From Clostridia bacterium (GTDB lineage: Bacteria > Bacillota > Clostridia > TANB77 > CAG-465): a DNA stretch of 64,000 bases. Numbering within the stretch: the stretch's first letter is position 1; each line of letters begins with the position of its first letter. The position numbers and the translations under genes are program-made. The stretch lies in assembly GCA_045536565.1 (NCBI GenBank), contig JAZSNU010000011.1, positions 57,732 through 121,731 on the forward strand. The letters run 5' to 3'. Positions 9,777 to 19,777 of the stretch are shown here, in pieces. The notes beneath the pieces were generated by a model. The model made no database searches. It saw nothing but the letters and a program-made list of their open reading frames with translations, and was not told the origin of the DNA.

Positions 9777-11387
9777 ATGATAGCAGCAAATAATGTAACA
9801 TTAAGATTTGGAAAAAGAGTATTGTTTGAAGATGTAAATATTAAATTTACAGCAGGAAATTGTTATGGATTAATAGGTGCAAATGGTGCAGGAAAATCTA
9901 CATTTTTGAAAATATTATCAGGAGAAATAGAACCAAGTAATGGTGAAATAAATATAACTACTGGTGAGAGAATGTCAGTACTTAAACAAAACCATTATGA
10001 ATACGATGATTTTGATGTTCTTACCACTGTTATAATGGGAAATCAAAAGTTATATAGCGTAATGAAAGAAAGAGAAGCTATATACATGAAAGAAGATTTT
10101 TCAGATGAAGATGGAATAAGAGCAGGAGTATTAGAGGCGGAATTTGCAGAAATGAATGGCTGGGATGCAGAGTCAGATGCAGCGATACTTTTAAATGGTT
10201 TAGGAATAGAAACAGAATTGCATCAAAAATACATGAGAGAATTAACAGGTGCTGAAAAGGTAAAAGTACTTCTTGCACAGGCTTTGTTTGGAAACCCAGA
10301 TATATTACTTCTAGATGAGCCAACAAACCATTTAGACATTGAGGCTATAAGATGGCTTGAAGAGTTTTTAATTAATTTTGAAAATACAGTTATAGTAGTA
10401 TCTCACGATAGATATTTCTTGAATAAAGTATGTACTCATATAGCAGATATTGATTATGGAAAAATACAATTATTTGTTGGTAACTATGATTTCTGGTATG
10501 AATCAAGTCAGTTAATACAAAGACAAATGAGAGAGGCAAACAAGAAAAAAGAAGATAAAATTAAAGAACTTCAAGAATTTATAGCAAGATTTAGTGCTAA
10601 TGCTTCTAAATCTAAACAAGCAACTTCAAGAAAGAAAATGTTAGAAAAAATCGAACTAGATGATATAAAACCATCTAGTAGAAGATATCCATATATAGAT
10701 TTTAAACCAGATAGAGAAATAGGAAATGATGTACTTGTTGTAAAAAATGTTTCTAAAACTATTGATGGTGAAAAAGTATTAGATAATGTAAGTTTTACAC
10801 TTACAAAAGATGATAAGGTAGCTTTTGTTGGGGATAATGTTATTGGAATAACAGCTTTGCTAGGTATTTTAGCCGGAGATATAGAGCCAGATTCGGGTGA
10901 GATTAAGTATGGTCAAACAATTACTACATCATATTTCCCAAAAGATAATACTAAATATTTTAGTAATGAAGTGAGCCTTCTTGATTGGCTTAGAGAATAT
11001 TCAAAAGAAAAAGATGACACATTTGTAAGAAGTTTCTTAGGTAGAATGCTATTTTCAGGTGAAGAAGGATTGAAGAAAACAAATGTAATATCGGGAGGAG
11101 AGAGAGTAAGATGTATGCTTGCTAAAATGATGTTATCAGGTGCAAATCTTCTTATTCTTGATCAACCAACAAACCATTTGGATATGGAATCTATTACTGC
11201 ATTAAACAATGGAATGATATCATTTAAAGGTGTATTATTATTTGCATCATATGATCATCAATTTGTTCAAACAACAGCAAATAGAATTATAGAGGTAAAA
11301 AAGGACGGAATAGTAGATAGAAGAACTACATATGATGAATATTTAGATTATAGTGAGTCGGCGAGAAAATCAGTAAATGAAGTATAA
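9777..11387 (+). CDS. ABC-F family ATPase (YkpA/YbiT-like)
   Basis: Tandem ABC domains (GANGAGKST, LLDEPTNHLD, SGGE), no membrane segments. Confidence 0.92.
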   Translation: MIAANNVTLRFGKRVLFEDVNIKFTAGNCYGLIGANGAGKSTFLKILSGEIEPSNGEINITTGERMSVLKQNHYEYDDFDVLTTVIMGNQKLYSVMKEREAIYMKEDFSDEDGIRAGVLEAEFAEMNGWDAESDAAILLNGLGIETELHQKYMRELTGAEKVKVLLAQALFGNPDILLLDEPTNHLDIEAIRWLEEFLINFENTVIVVSHDRYFLNKVCTHIADIDYGKIQLFVGNYDFWYESSQLIQRQMREANKKKEDKIKELQEFIARFSANASKSKQATSRKKMLEKIELDDIKPSSRRYPYIDFKPDREIGNDVLVVKNVSKTIDGEKVLDNVSFTLTKDDKVAFVGDNVIGITALLGILAGDIEPDSGEIKYGQTITTSYFPKDNTKYFSNEVSLLDWLREYSKEKDDTFVRSFLGRMLFSGEEGLKKTNVISGGERVRCMLAKMMLSGANLLILDQPTNHLDMESITALNNGMISFKGVLLFASYDHQFVQTTANRIIEVKKDGIVDRRTTYDEYLDYSESARKSVNEV

Positions 11388-11486
11388 ATTATATAAGGTG
11401 TATATAGAAATATATATGCCTTTTTCTTTGTCTTGTAACCTTTTCTTGCAAAATATCATAGCATATATCATATGGAGGTATTGTAT

Positions 11487-12509
11487 ATGGATATAATTGT
11501 ACAAAAATATGGTGGTACATCGGTTGCAGATAAAGAAAAATTGGAACAAGTTTGTAATAAAATAATAAATACATATAACAAGGGGATAGGTGTAGTGGTT
11601 GTTGTATCAGCACAGGGAAAGACAACTGATAATTTAATATCCAAAGCAAAAGAATATACACAAGAAACATATGAAAGGGAAATGGATTTACTTTTATCTA
11701 CTGGTGAAATTCAAACAGTAGCACTTTTATCCATGATGTTAAAAGATAAGGGATATAATGTAATGTCAATGACAGGTGAACAAGCAGGTATAATTACAAA
11801 TGGTGATTATGGAAGTGCAAAAATAGTAAAAATTATAAAAGAAAATATAGAAAAATATGTTTATGATGGAAACATTGTGGTAGTTGCAGGTTTTCAAGGT
11901 GTAGATAAATTTGGAAATATTAATACATTAGGTAGAGGTGGAAGTGATTTATCTGCTGTTGCAATTAGTGTAGCACTTGGTGCAAAAGAATGTCAAATTT
12001 ATACAGATGTAGATGGCATATATACGGCAGACCCAAGAATTGTAAAAAATGCAAAATTGTTAAAGTCATTATCGTATGAAGAAATATTAGAGGCGGCAAC
12101 AGCAGGAGCAAAAGTATTACATAATAGGTCGGTTGGTGTTGGGCGTATATATGATATGCCAATTAGGGTAAAAAATACTTGTAATGAAACAAGGGGTACA
12201 GAAGTTATTAATATAAAATATGATGATAAAGGTGAAATTTTAGAAAATTATGGTGCAAAGATAATTACTAAAAATGATGATGTATCTAAAATAACAATAG
12301 TAGGTGATAGTCTAATTTCTTATCCAGAACATTTTAATAAGATATTTACATTAGCAGCAGATAATAAAATACAATTAATTATGATATCATTTAGTGAAAC
12401 AGCTATTAATATTATAGTAAAAAAAGATGTAGCTGAAAGATTTACTAATATATTGCATGATGAGATAATTGATGGAAGAGCAAAAGATAATAATATAGAT
12501 GAAAATTGA
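11487..12509 (+). CDS. Aspartate kinase
   Basis: VQKYGGTSV, TLGRGGSD, YTDVDGIYTADPR, C-terminal ACT-like domain. Confidence 0.92.
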   Translation: MDIIVQKYGGTSVADKEKLEQVCNKIINTYNKGIGVVVVVSAQGKTTDNLISKAKEYTQETYEREMDLLLSTGEIQTVALLSMMLKDKGYNVMSMTGEQAGIITNGDYGSAKIVKIIKENIEKYVYDGNIVVVAGFQGVDKFGNINTLGRGGSDLSAVAISVALGAKECQIYTDVDGIYTADPRIVKNAKLLKSLSYEEILEAATAGAKVLHNRSVGVGRIYDMPIRVKNTCNETRGTEVINIKYDDKGEILENYGAKIITKNDDVSKITIVGDSLISYPEHFNKIFTLAADNKIQLIMISFSETAINIIVKKDVAERFTNILHDEIIDGRAKDNNIDEN

Positions 12510-12714
12510 TATTAAATGTTTAGAGCGTTAAATCAATATAAAATAGTGTGTAAAATGATGTGAAATAAGTATACTTCACATCATTTGCTTATTAATAATA
12601 TGTGAAAGATTGCTTGTTTGGAAAAAATTGACAAAGTTCCCCTTTGTGTTGTATAATATTTCTATCAATAAATTTGCATAATTATTTAATAATATTATGA
12701 AAGGGGAATTTACT

Positions 12715-14046
12715 ATGCAATTATCAAAGTTTTTTCACGCGATACCTATAAACAATGAAATCTATGCTCTATATAACTCTTTGTTAATGGATATTATTTT
12801 TGTTAACAAAGAAGAATATACGGATATAGTGTTACTTAGATCCGCGGATATAGATACATTAAAAGAATATGGTATATATGTAGAAGATGAATCTAGGGAC
12901 GAAGATGCACTTCTAGTTATGCAAGAGGAATATGAAAAACTTAATCGGAAAATTGAAATAATGTATTTTATTGTTTCTACTGGGTGTAATCTTAAATGTA
13001 AGTATTGTTTTGAGGAAGAAAGTAAGCATAATAATCATAGTGAGATTAATATGAGTTATGAAATCGCTATGACAGCTGCTAAAAAGTATGTTGAATATTT
13101 GGAAAGGCATGATATTGAAAAACCACAGGTTATATTTTATGGTGGGGAGCCATTAGTAAATTGGGATATTGTAAAAAGTGTTATAAATTACATATCTTCA
13201 TGTAATTCTAAGGTTAAATTTAATATTGTTACTAACGGAACATTGATTGATGATGAAAAAGCTAAATACATTTCTGAACATGATGTAGAAGTTGGTATTT
13301 CGCTCGATGGCCCTAAATGTATTAATGATTATAACAGGATATTTAGAGTTGAAAATAATAGTGTTTATGATACTGTTATGAAGAAAATAGATATACTAAA
13401 AAATTACAAATGCAAATATGGTTTATCAATTACAATATCTCAAGCATTAATTGATTCTAAAGACAAGGTTTTAGAGTGGTTAAAGACATCAGGTCTTCAG
13501 AGTGTTTTTTATAATTTATATCATTATGGAGAGGTTTCGGATACTTGGGAAGATTTTTATAATGAAATGAGTAATTATCTAATAGAGTCATATAATAATC
13601 TTTCAACTATTGGAATTGCTGATGGTAGACTTAATAGAAAAATCGATAGTTTATTGGACAACAAAATAAAATTCTCTGATTGTGCTGCTGTTGGTGTGAA
13701 TCAATTGACAATAAAGCCAAATGGTGATGTTATAGTTTGTCATGGATATGTAAAAACAGACAAGTATGTTTTAGGAAATATTAAAGACAAAGCTATTGAA
13801 GAACTAGCATATTCTGAAGGTACAAATATCTGGAAAAGCCTGGCTCCAATATATAATGAAGAATGCTTGAAATGTGATTCATTATATATATGCGGTGGTG
13901 GCTGTTCTATGCAATCGGAAGCTTTATTTGGAGGAGTGCAAAATATCGACAGAGCTTTTTGTATTCATTCTAAAAAAAGTTTGTATTGGTTGCTTGAAAG
14001 GCTGTATGAAGCCTCTATAGAACAAATAAATAAGAAAGGAGAATAA
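12715..14046 (+). CDS. Radical SAM/SPASM peptide maturase
   Basis: CNLKCKYC, FYGGEPL, SLDG; SPASM cysteines C...C...CxxCxxxxxCxGGC...C; N-terminal extension. Confidence 0.92.
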   Translation: MQLSKFFHAIPINNEIYALYNSLLMDIIFVNKEEYTDIVLLRSADIDTLKEYGIYVEDESRDEDALLVMQEEYEKLNRKIEIMYFIVSTGCNLKCKYCFEEESKHNNHSEINMSYEIAMTAAKKYVEYLERHDIEKPQVIFYGGEPLVNWDIVKSVINYISSCNSKVKFNIVTNGTLIDDEKAKYISEHDVEVGISLDGPKCINDYNRIFRVENNSVYDTVMKKIDILKNYKCKYGLSITISQALIDSKDKVLEWLKTSGLQSVFYNLYHYGEVSDTWEDFYNEMSNYLIESYNNLSTIGIADGRLNRKIDSLLDNKIKFSDCAAVGVNQLTIKPNGDVIVCHGYVKTDKYVLGNIKDKAIEELAYSEGTNIWKSLAPIYNEECLKCDSLYICGGGCSMQSEALFGGVQNIDRAFCIHSKKSLYWLLERLYEASIEQINKKGE

Positions 14047-14051
14047 GCAAC

Positions 14052-14219
14052 ATGTTGAAGTCTTCGAAGAAATCCTTGAAAAAGGTACTTCCAAAAGAAG
14101 CAAAAACATTCGCATCTACATGCGCATGCGGAATTTGCAGTGGTGGAAGTGGAAACTGCAAAGGTTGCCAGGATAAAAATGTAGACACGAAAACTGTCAA
14201 ACAGATTTATTCTAAGTAA
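14052..14219 (+). CDS. Cys-rich RiPP precursor peptide, 55 aa (FibroRumin-like)
   Basis: MLKSSKKSLKKVLPKEAKTFASTCACGICSGGSGNCKGCQDKNVDTKTVKQIYSK; AAGGAG RBS inside the rSAM 3' end; starts 5 bp after the rSAM stop. Confidence 0.85.
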   Translation: MLKSSKKSLKKVLPKEAKTFASTCACGICSGGSGNCKGCQDKNVDTKTVKQIYSK

Positions 14220-14223
14220 CCTA

Positions 14224-14267
14224 AAAAATGTACTAGGTAAGTGATAGTTCACTTACCTAGTATTTTT
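14224..14267. terminator. Bidirectional terminator
   Basis: TACTAGGTAAGTGA-tagt-TCACTTACCTAGTA flanked by A and T tracts. Confidence 0.85.
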
Positions 14268-14798
14268 ACACCAATTTTGAAATTCAATAGAACTTATATG
14301 ATAAGAGGGTTTGATATATTTATTACATATATAAAACTCATCTGACAAGACTTCATTAAATGTATTTTTTATATATTCTTTAAAGTAAAATGATATAGTA
14401 TTTATCGCATCAATTTCAGAGTTGTATTCAAATATTCCGTTTTCATTATTAGAAGAGTTATCTTCTATATTGTACCATTTGCCATTTAATGAATATAATA
14501 TAAATGTATGGGTTTGATGTATATCTAAATCATCGTTTTTATATTCTAGATAATATGTGTTATTTGGAATATTGTTTGAATTAAAATAATATCTATATAA
14601 CTCTACAACATCCCAACACCATGCACATTTATTTTTTAAAGTATCGTGTGGAGATTGAAGTATATATAATTTATCAATATCTACATGTTCAAAATCATTG
14701 GGATAATACTTATTGCCAAAAGTATCTACAAATCCATATTTAATTTCTTGTTTAACATATTTATATAATTCAGAAGGGTTCATTTCTAAAAAATTCAT
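14253..14798 (-). CDS. Transglutaminase-like (Cys-His-acid triad) protein
   Basis: SP..TL...AWCWD, THTF, WYNIED spacing. Confidence 0.55.
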   Translation of the reverse strand: MNFLEMNPSELYKYVKQEIKYGFVDTFGNKYYPNDFEHVDIDKLYILQSPHDTLKNKCAWCWDVVELYRYYFNSNNIPNNTYYLEYKNDDLDIHQTHTFILYSLNGKWYNIEDNSSNNENGIFEYNSEIDAINTISFYFKEYIKNTFNEVLSDEFYICNKYIKPSYHISSIEFQNWCKNTR

Positions 14799-14915
14799 TA
14801 TAATCACCAAGCAAATAATAGCATAATATTTAGAAAAATTCAAGTTTTGTATGAGTTAAACAATATTGATTATCCTCTCGCATTATGATATATTACAGTT
14901 ATGGAGAGTTAGTTT

Positions 14916-15666
14916 ATGAATAGTAAATTTGATGAATATTATTCTGCTTTTTTGGATATAGATAATGCAGTTAAAATAAATAACATATGGTATATTCGGA
15001 ACAGACAATAGAGATATTCCCTTAAATAAAGAGTTCTTTTATCCAGTTATATTAACAAAATATAATGGGAAAATATATTTGTCTGTTTCTAATAAATACT
15101 ATGATGTTATATTAAACACTATAAAAGATATTGATTTTACATTGCTTAGTAACAATGAAATTATTTCTATATTCCAAAATATATTTTCAAACATGATAGA
15201 TAATTTTGAAGTAAAAGAAATGTATAGAATGTGTAAAGATACAATAATAAGTATATTAGATAGTAAGGCCGTACTTTTAAATAATGATACAAAACAGTAT
15301 TTTATGAATACTGGAAATAGAGCAAGTGATGTTAGTTTTAAAGAAAAGAAATGGGAACAGCTTAAATATATATTAGATAGTGAAATGATATATATTGTTC
15401 CAAGTGATAATAAGATTTCATCAATTGCATTTACATCAGATATTTATTATAGAGGGGCTAATATTGTTGTAAATACTAATGAAAAATATAGAAGAAAAGG
15501 GTATGGTAAGATGGCAGTAGCAGCTCTTACAAATTCAATATTGGAAAAGAAGTTATTACCTATATATTTTGTAAATGTAAATAATGAGTCATCTATAAAT
15601 CTTGCAAAATCATTAGGATATAAAAGTATGGCTTTGGAAATAGTTTTATGCGTAAAAAATAGATGA
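14916..15666 (+). pseudogene. GNAT acetyltransferase split by a +1 frameshift near 14997
   Basis: RBS-ATG 14916 frame stops at TAG 15009; the +1 frame is open from 14980 and carries YRRKGYG and NESSINLAKSLGY. Confidence 0.65.
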
Positions 15667-15769
15667 AACATTAATAATTATGTAATATATACTTTTCACT
15701 TTGTGGGTTGACATAAAATTGAAAACGCGGTATAATTATATTATAAAAAAATATTAAGGAGGATTTCTA

Positions 15770-16342
15770 ATGAAATGCTGTTTTTTGTTTAGAAGTAAAA
15801 TACCCGCTGAAAATTTGTTTAAATTTCTCAAAAATGAATTAAAAGGTGAAGTAAGGCTAACAAGTTATATTGGTTATCCAATAATTTATGTTCAAGAAGA
15901 TGAATATGAGACTGCAATTATAAAAGGTTCTCAGTACGCTAAAAGATATACACTTGACTGTTGGTGGCTTGATATAAGTCAAAGAAGAGTGATTATTCCA
16001 TATGTTCCTGTTGCATATGCTGAAATCTATAAAGAAGGTAAGTTTGAAGATGGTTCTTGGAAAAAATCTACAACTGATAAAATAAGGGCACTTACAAAAC
16101 TTGCAAGTAAAGCACTGAAAAGAGAGGTAATATTTGAAGAGACACCATGTAAAGATGTTCGATTTTACATTAAGAGAACAGACGATATGCATGAAATTCA
16201 TCAGACACAAAGAGTAATGTTTTCAAAAGTTTTTGCTACTTCCGTTCAAAATGTTATATTTAAAAGAGCCGTTTTATGTGATTATTTTGGAAAACATATA
16301 ATTCAAATGAAAGATGTCGAAGAAATAGGAGAAGATAATTAA
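15770..16342 (+). CDS. Hypothetical protein
   Basis: Consensus TTGACA-17-TATAAT promoter and AAGGAGG RBS. Confidence 0.7.
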   Translation: MKCCFLFRSKIPAENLFKFLKNELKGEVRLTSYIGYPIIYVQEDEYETAIIKGSQYAKRYTLDCWWLDISQRRVIIPYVPVAYAEIYKEGKFEDGSWKKSTTDKIRALTKLASKALKREVIFEETPCKDVRFYIKRTDDMHEIHQTQRVMFSKVFATSVQNVIFKRAVLCDYFGKHIIQMKDVEEIGEDN

Positions 16343-16413
16343 TGGTATTAACTAAGTATTGCTGTTAGTATGTGTTTACTGTTAACACTATATAATTATT
16401 AGGAGGATTTTTT

Positions 16414-16605
16414 ATGAAATTATTTTTACGGGTAATAGGATTTTTGCTTATTGCAATGGGTATAATTACAATAGGATACATATCAATAACCAATTGGAAA
16501 GATTCTGAATTAATCATATACATGAATCATTGGAAAATAGTGATACCATCAATCATTTCGGTATTTGTTGGTTATTTCATGTTGTATATTTCAGAAAAAC
16601 ATTAA
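16414..16605 (+). CDS. Small two-helix membrane protein
   Basis: AGGAGG RBS, two hydrophobic segments, terminator at about 16611-16637. Confidence 0.65.
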   Translation: MKLFLRVIGFLLIAMGIITIGYISITNWKDSELIIYMNHWKIVIPSIISVFVGYFMLYISEKH

Positions 16606-16777
16606 CTTTTAAAGCTGCATTAATATTGCAGCTTTTTCATTTATAAAAAGTAACTTGTTGTTATTTTTTTATAAAATTATTTGCATAATATTATAATAGT
16701 TCTTTATAATATTATTACCATATATTTGATTGACAACAAATAGCATAAATGATAAAATACCAAACAGGTGATGATAT

Positions 16778-17425
16778 ATGAGTAAGGATAGAAAAGCATT
16801 GATAATAGTACTTGTTTGTATAATTTTGTTATTATCATTTGCTTTAATATATTTAAATACAGATTTGTTTAAGAAAACAGAAGTTGGAACGGTTATTGAT
16901 AATAATGTATCACAAAATATTAGATTTTATAGAGATTATCCAGGTGTGAATGAGGAAAATGTATACTATTATGCTACATATGATGAAATTATAGAAGTTC
17001 TAACAACTGGAACAGGTATCGTTTTCTTTGGTTTTCCTGCTTGTCCTTGGTGTCAGGCATACGCACCAGTTTTAGATGAAGTTGCAAGAGAAAGAGATGT
17101 AGAAAAAATTTATTACCTAGATATAAAGGAAATGAGAGAAAAAGATACCGATGAGTATAAAAAATTAGTTGAATTAACAGATGGATATCTAGAAAAAGAT
17201 GAAAAAGGTAATAAAAGGATATATGTTCCGGATTCGTATTTTGTTAAAGAGGGTAAAATAGTTGGACATAATAATAGCATGAGCATGTTATCAGGAGATA
17301 ATGTAACAGAATACTTTGACGAGGAAAAAAGAAAAGAATTAAAAAATGAGCTTATAGAGTTAACAGAAAAAGTGTATGAACCTGTGTGCGATGATACTAC
17401 TGTAAATGTATATGGTGGATGTTAA
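16778..17425 (+). CDS. Membrane-anchored thioredoxin-fold protein
   Basis: N-terminal TM helix, CPWC motif, cis-Pro loop YVP. Confidence 0.8.
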   Translation: MSKDRKALIIVLVCIILLLSFALIYLNTDLFKKTEVGTVIDNNVSQNIRFYRDYPGVNEENVYYYATYDEIIEVLTTGTGIVFFGFPACPWCQAYAPVLDEVARERDVEKIYYLDIKEMREKDTDEYKKLVELTDGYLEKDEKGNKRIYVPDSYFVKEGKIVGHNNSMSMLSGDNVTEYFDEEKRKELKNELIELTEKVYEPVCDDTTVNVYGGC

Positions 17426-17532
17426 TATTGTTTATTAAATAGTACAAATTTATTTAAGTTTGTACTATTTTTTGCATATTTAATTAAATTTGAGAATATA
17501 TATTAAGTATATAAAACGAGGAGGATAAATAA

Positions 17533-17826
17533 ATGGAAGATAAAAAAATAACACAAACAAATAAAATATTAAATCATAATATCGTAATGGAGAATAGAGA
17601 AAAAGTTATAATAACAGGAATTATAGATATTCATAGTTTTGATGATGAATTAGTTTTAACTGAAACTGAAATGGGCATACTAACAATCAAGGGAAGAGAT
17701 TTAAAGATGAATAAACTAAATTTAGATAATACTGAATTAGTAGTAGAAGGTCAGATAGGAATGCTGCAATATAACGATGTGGATAGTATGAAAAAAGGCG
17801 GAATGTTTAATAAAATATTTAAATAG
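17533..17826 (+). CDS. yabP: Sporulation protein YabP
   Basis: H.I.MENRE...ITG..D..SFD...L.T.MG.L.IKG..L; yabP-yabQ-divIC synteny. Confidence 0.9.
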   Translation: MEDKKITQTNKILNHNIVMENREKVIITGIIDIHSFDDELVLTETEMGILTIKGRDLKMNKLNLDNTELVVEGQIGMLQYNDVDSMKKGGMFNKIFK

Positions 17827-17841
17827 TAAGGGCGAAATAAA

Positions 17842-18321
17842 ATGGAGTTAAAGGAAGAAACGGTAACTTTTTTTACATTTATAATAGTGGGAATAATTAT
17901 TGGTATAGTATTTGATTTTTTTAGAGCGTTAAGGAGAGTAAAAAAATATAACGAAAAATATATATGTGTTCAAGACATATTGTTTTTTATAATAATAAGT
18001 ATAGTTTTGATGAGTACTTTAATATATAAATTAGAGTATAGTTTAAGACTATATTTATTTTTCTCTCTGTTTTTGGGAATAGTAATATATATTTCTACGA
18101 TAAGTTCATATGTAATGAAGATATATATATCGTTTATAAAAATATTTAGTAGTATAATTTGTTTTGTATTAATGCCAATTAATATGTATAAACAATGTTT
18201 TATGACAATATATAACTTTTTAGTAAAAAAATCAAAAAAATGTTGCAATAAATTTCATAATATGATATCTTATTTGTATAAACAGTATAAATATAAATTA
18301 CATAAGATAAAAATAAAATAA
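17842..18321 (+). CDS. yabQ: Spore cortex protein YabQ
   Basis: G..IG..FD.FR..R and QDILF pattern; synteny. Confidence 0.85.
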   Translation: MELKEETVTFFTFIIVGIIIGIVFDFFRALRRVKKYNEKYICVQDILFFIIISIVLMSTLIYKLEYSLRLYLFFSLFLGIVIYISTISSYVMKIYISFIKIFSSIICFVLMPINMYKQCFMTIYNFLVKKSKKCCNKFHNMISYLYKQYKYKLHKIKIK

Positions 18322-18331
18322 GAGGGAAGAA

Positions 18332-18628
18332 ATGTATAAAGGAAAAAGTAAAAAATGTAAAAGAAAACTAAACTTTACAAGAATATTACTAATTGGTGGT
18401 TTGGCATATTTTACATCTATATTTTGTGTTCAACAGTTTAAAATAAATGAATATAAAGTTCAAGAAGAATATTACAGTGAGGCTATATCAGAAATAGAAC
18501 AAGAAAAAGCAGAATACCAAAATTTGGCTAGTCAGTCTGATACAGTAGAATATATAGAAAAAGTGGCAAGAGAAGAATTAGGACTAGTAAAACCATATGA
18601 AAAAATATTCATTGATGTGAATAAATAA
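18332..18628 (+). CDS. divIC: Septum formation initiator DivIC/FtsB
   Basis: TM helix, coiled coil, YIEKVAREELGLVKPYE. Confidence 0.85.
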   Translation: MYKGKSKKCKRKLNFTRILLIGGLAYFTSIFCVQQFKINEYKVQEEYYSEAISEIEQEKAEYQNLASQSDTVEYIEKVAREELGLVKPYEKIFIDVNK

Positions 18629-18679
18629 ATTATACTTAATAATTACCGTAATTAAAGGAGAAAGTTTTCACTTTCTCCT

Positions 18680-19402
18680 TTATTCTATTTCTATAAGTTT
18701 TACAGTTACTTCATGACCGTCTGTACTTGCAGATATTTTTATATCATTTTCTCTATTATTTATAAATTTAAGGTTTGCACCACCATATAATACACTTGCA
18801 TCTTTATCTTGCGGAACATAATATACGCGCCTGCTATGTGCATGCCTTTCTGTAATTTCTAGTCCTGCTATGAGAGCTGAATTATATAGTGTACTGCTTA
18901 TTTGACAAATTCCTCCGCCATATATTTTTATTTTCTTTCCATTTCCGTTAAATCCTGTTGCTTCTTCATATCCTTGCTCTTTCCCCATAGGTCCTATTGT
19001 ATCATTAAAAGAAAACTCTTGTCCTTTTTCTACAATTGCTCCATCTAATTTATCAATTGCTAATGTTATATTGTGTATCCTAGATTCTTCTGTATCATAT
19101 ATTGTAGTTGTATAAGTAGCAATTTCTACTTCTTTCTGAGCATTTTGTATATTTATGTTTTCTGCGTTTTGATCAATAGTTATATCAATATCTCCTAAAA
19201 TGTTTGTACTTTCATTTTCTTTATCATCACTAGCATTTTCATTATCCGCAACATTTATATATGAACTAGATTCTTTTACTTTGTTATCTCTTAAAGTTTT
19301 TATCGGTGAATATGTGATTGAAATTATACCCCAAATTGTGCCACCAAGGATGGCTGTGATAAATAGAATTAAAAGAATATTTTTTATTTTTTCTTCGTTC
19401 AT
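18680..19402 (-). CDS. VanW-family membrane-anchored protein
   Basis: FSFN..IG, GGGICQISSTLYN, ERHAHS. Confidence 0.88.
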   Translation of the reverse strand: MNEEKIKNILLILFITAILGGTIWGIISITYSPIKTLRDNKVKESSSYINVADNENASDDKENESTNILGDIDITIDQNAENINIQNAQKEVEIATYTTTIYDTEESRIHNITLAIDKLDGAIVEKGQEFSFNDTIGPMGKEQGYEEATGFNGNGKKIKIYGGGICQISSTLYNSALIAGLEITERHAHSRRVYYVPQDKDASVLYGGANLKFINNRENDIKISASTDGHEVTVKLIEIE

Positions 19403-19516
19403 GATTTTCCTCCAAAATATATAAATATTCTGTGAATATATTTAATATATATACAAAGAAAAATAATAAAAAGACATTAATTGTTTTTTTAATTAATGTC
19501 TTATACATTTTTAAAA

Positions 19517-19747
19517 TTAACACTCATTCTTATTATTGCAAAAAAACAAAATAAAAATAATTATAACTATTATAATAGGTAATATTCCAGAAAAATTAAA
19601 GCCAGTATGGCAATTATTGTTATTACCATAGTTGTTGCAAGAATTATTATTGTTATTACAATTATTTGTATTCATGTAATCATTAAAATTTGAACAATTT
19701 TTGTTTTCATCTATTACACAATTATTTGAATTATTGTCATTAAACAT
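19517..19747 (-). CDS. Small Asn/Cys-rich protein with a C-terminal TM helix (probably spore-associated)
   Basis: Low-complexity N/C tract then ILPIIIVIIIFILFF; AGGAG RBS. Confidence 0.6.
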   Translation of the reverse strand: MFNDNNSNNCVIDENKNCSNFNDYMNTNNCNNNNNSCNNYGNNNNCHTGFNFSGILPIIIVIIIFILFFCNNKNEC

Positions 19748-19777
19748 ATTATCAACTCCTACTATCATATATTAAAT

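Noticed and set aside
10800-11200. Degenerate second Walker A/B in the ABC-F (GDNVIGIT, LDQPTN)
   Set aside because: To my knowledge this is common in Firmicute YkpA/YbiT-like proteins, so it is not evidence of novelty or decay.
11390-11486. Lysine riboswitch before the aspartokinase
   Set aside because: The intergenic space is under 100 bp, too short and without the conserved structure.
13924-14252. Three minus-strand ORFs in the track over the rSAM 3' end
   Set aside because: They are shadows of the plus-strand RiPP precursor and have no RBS.
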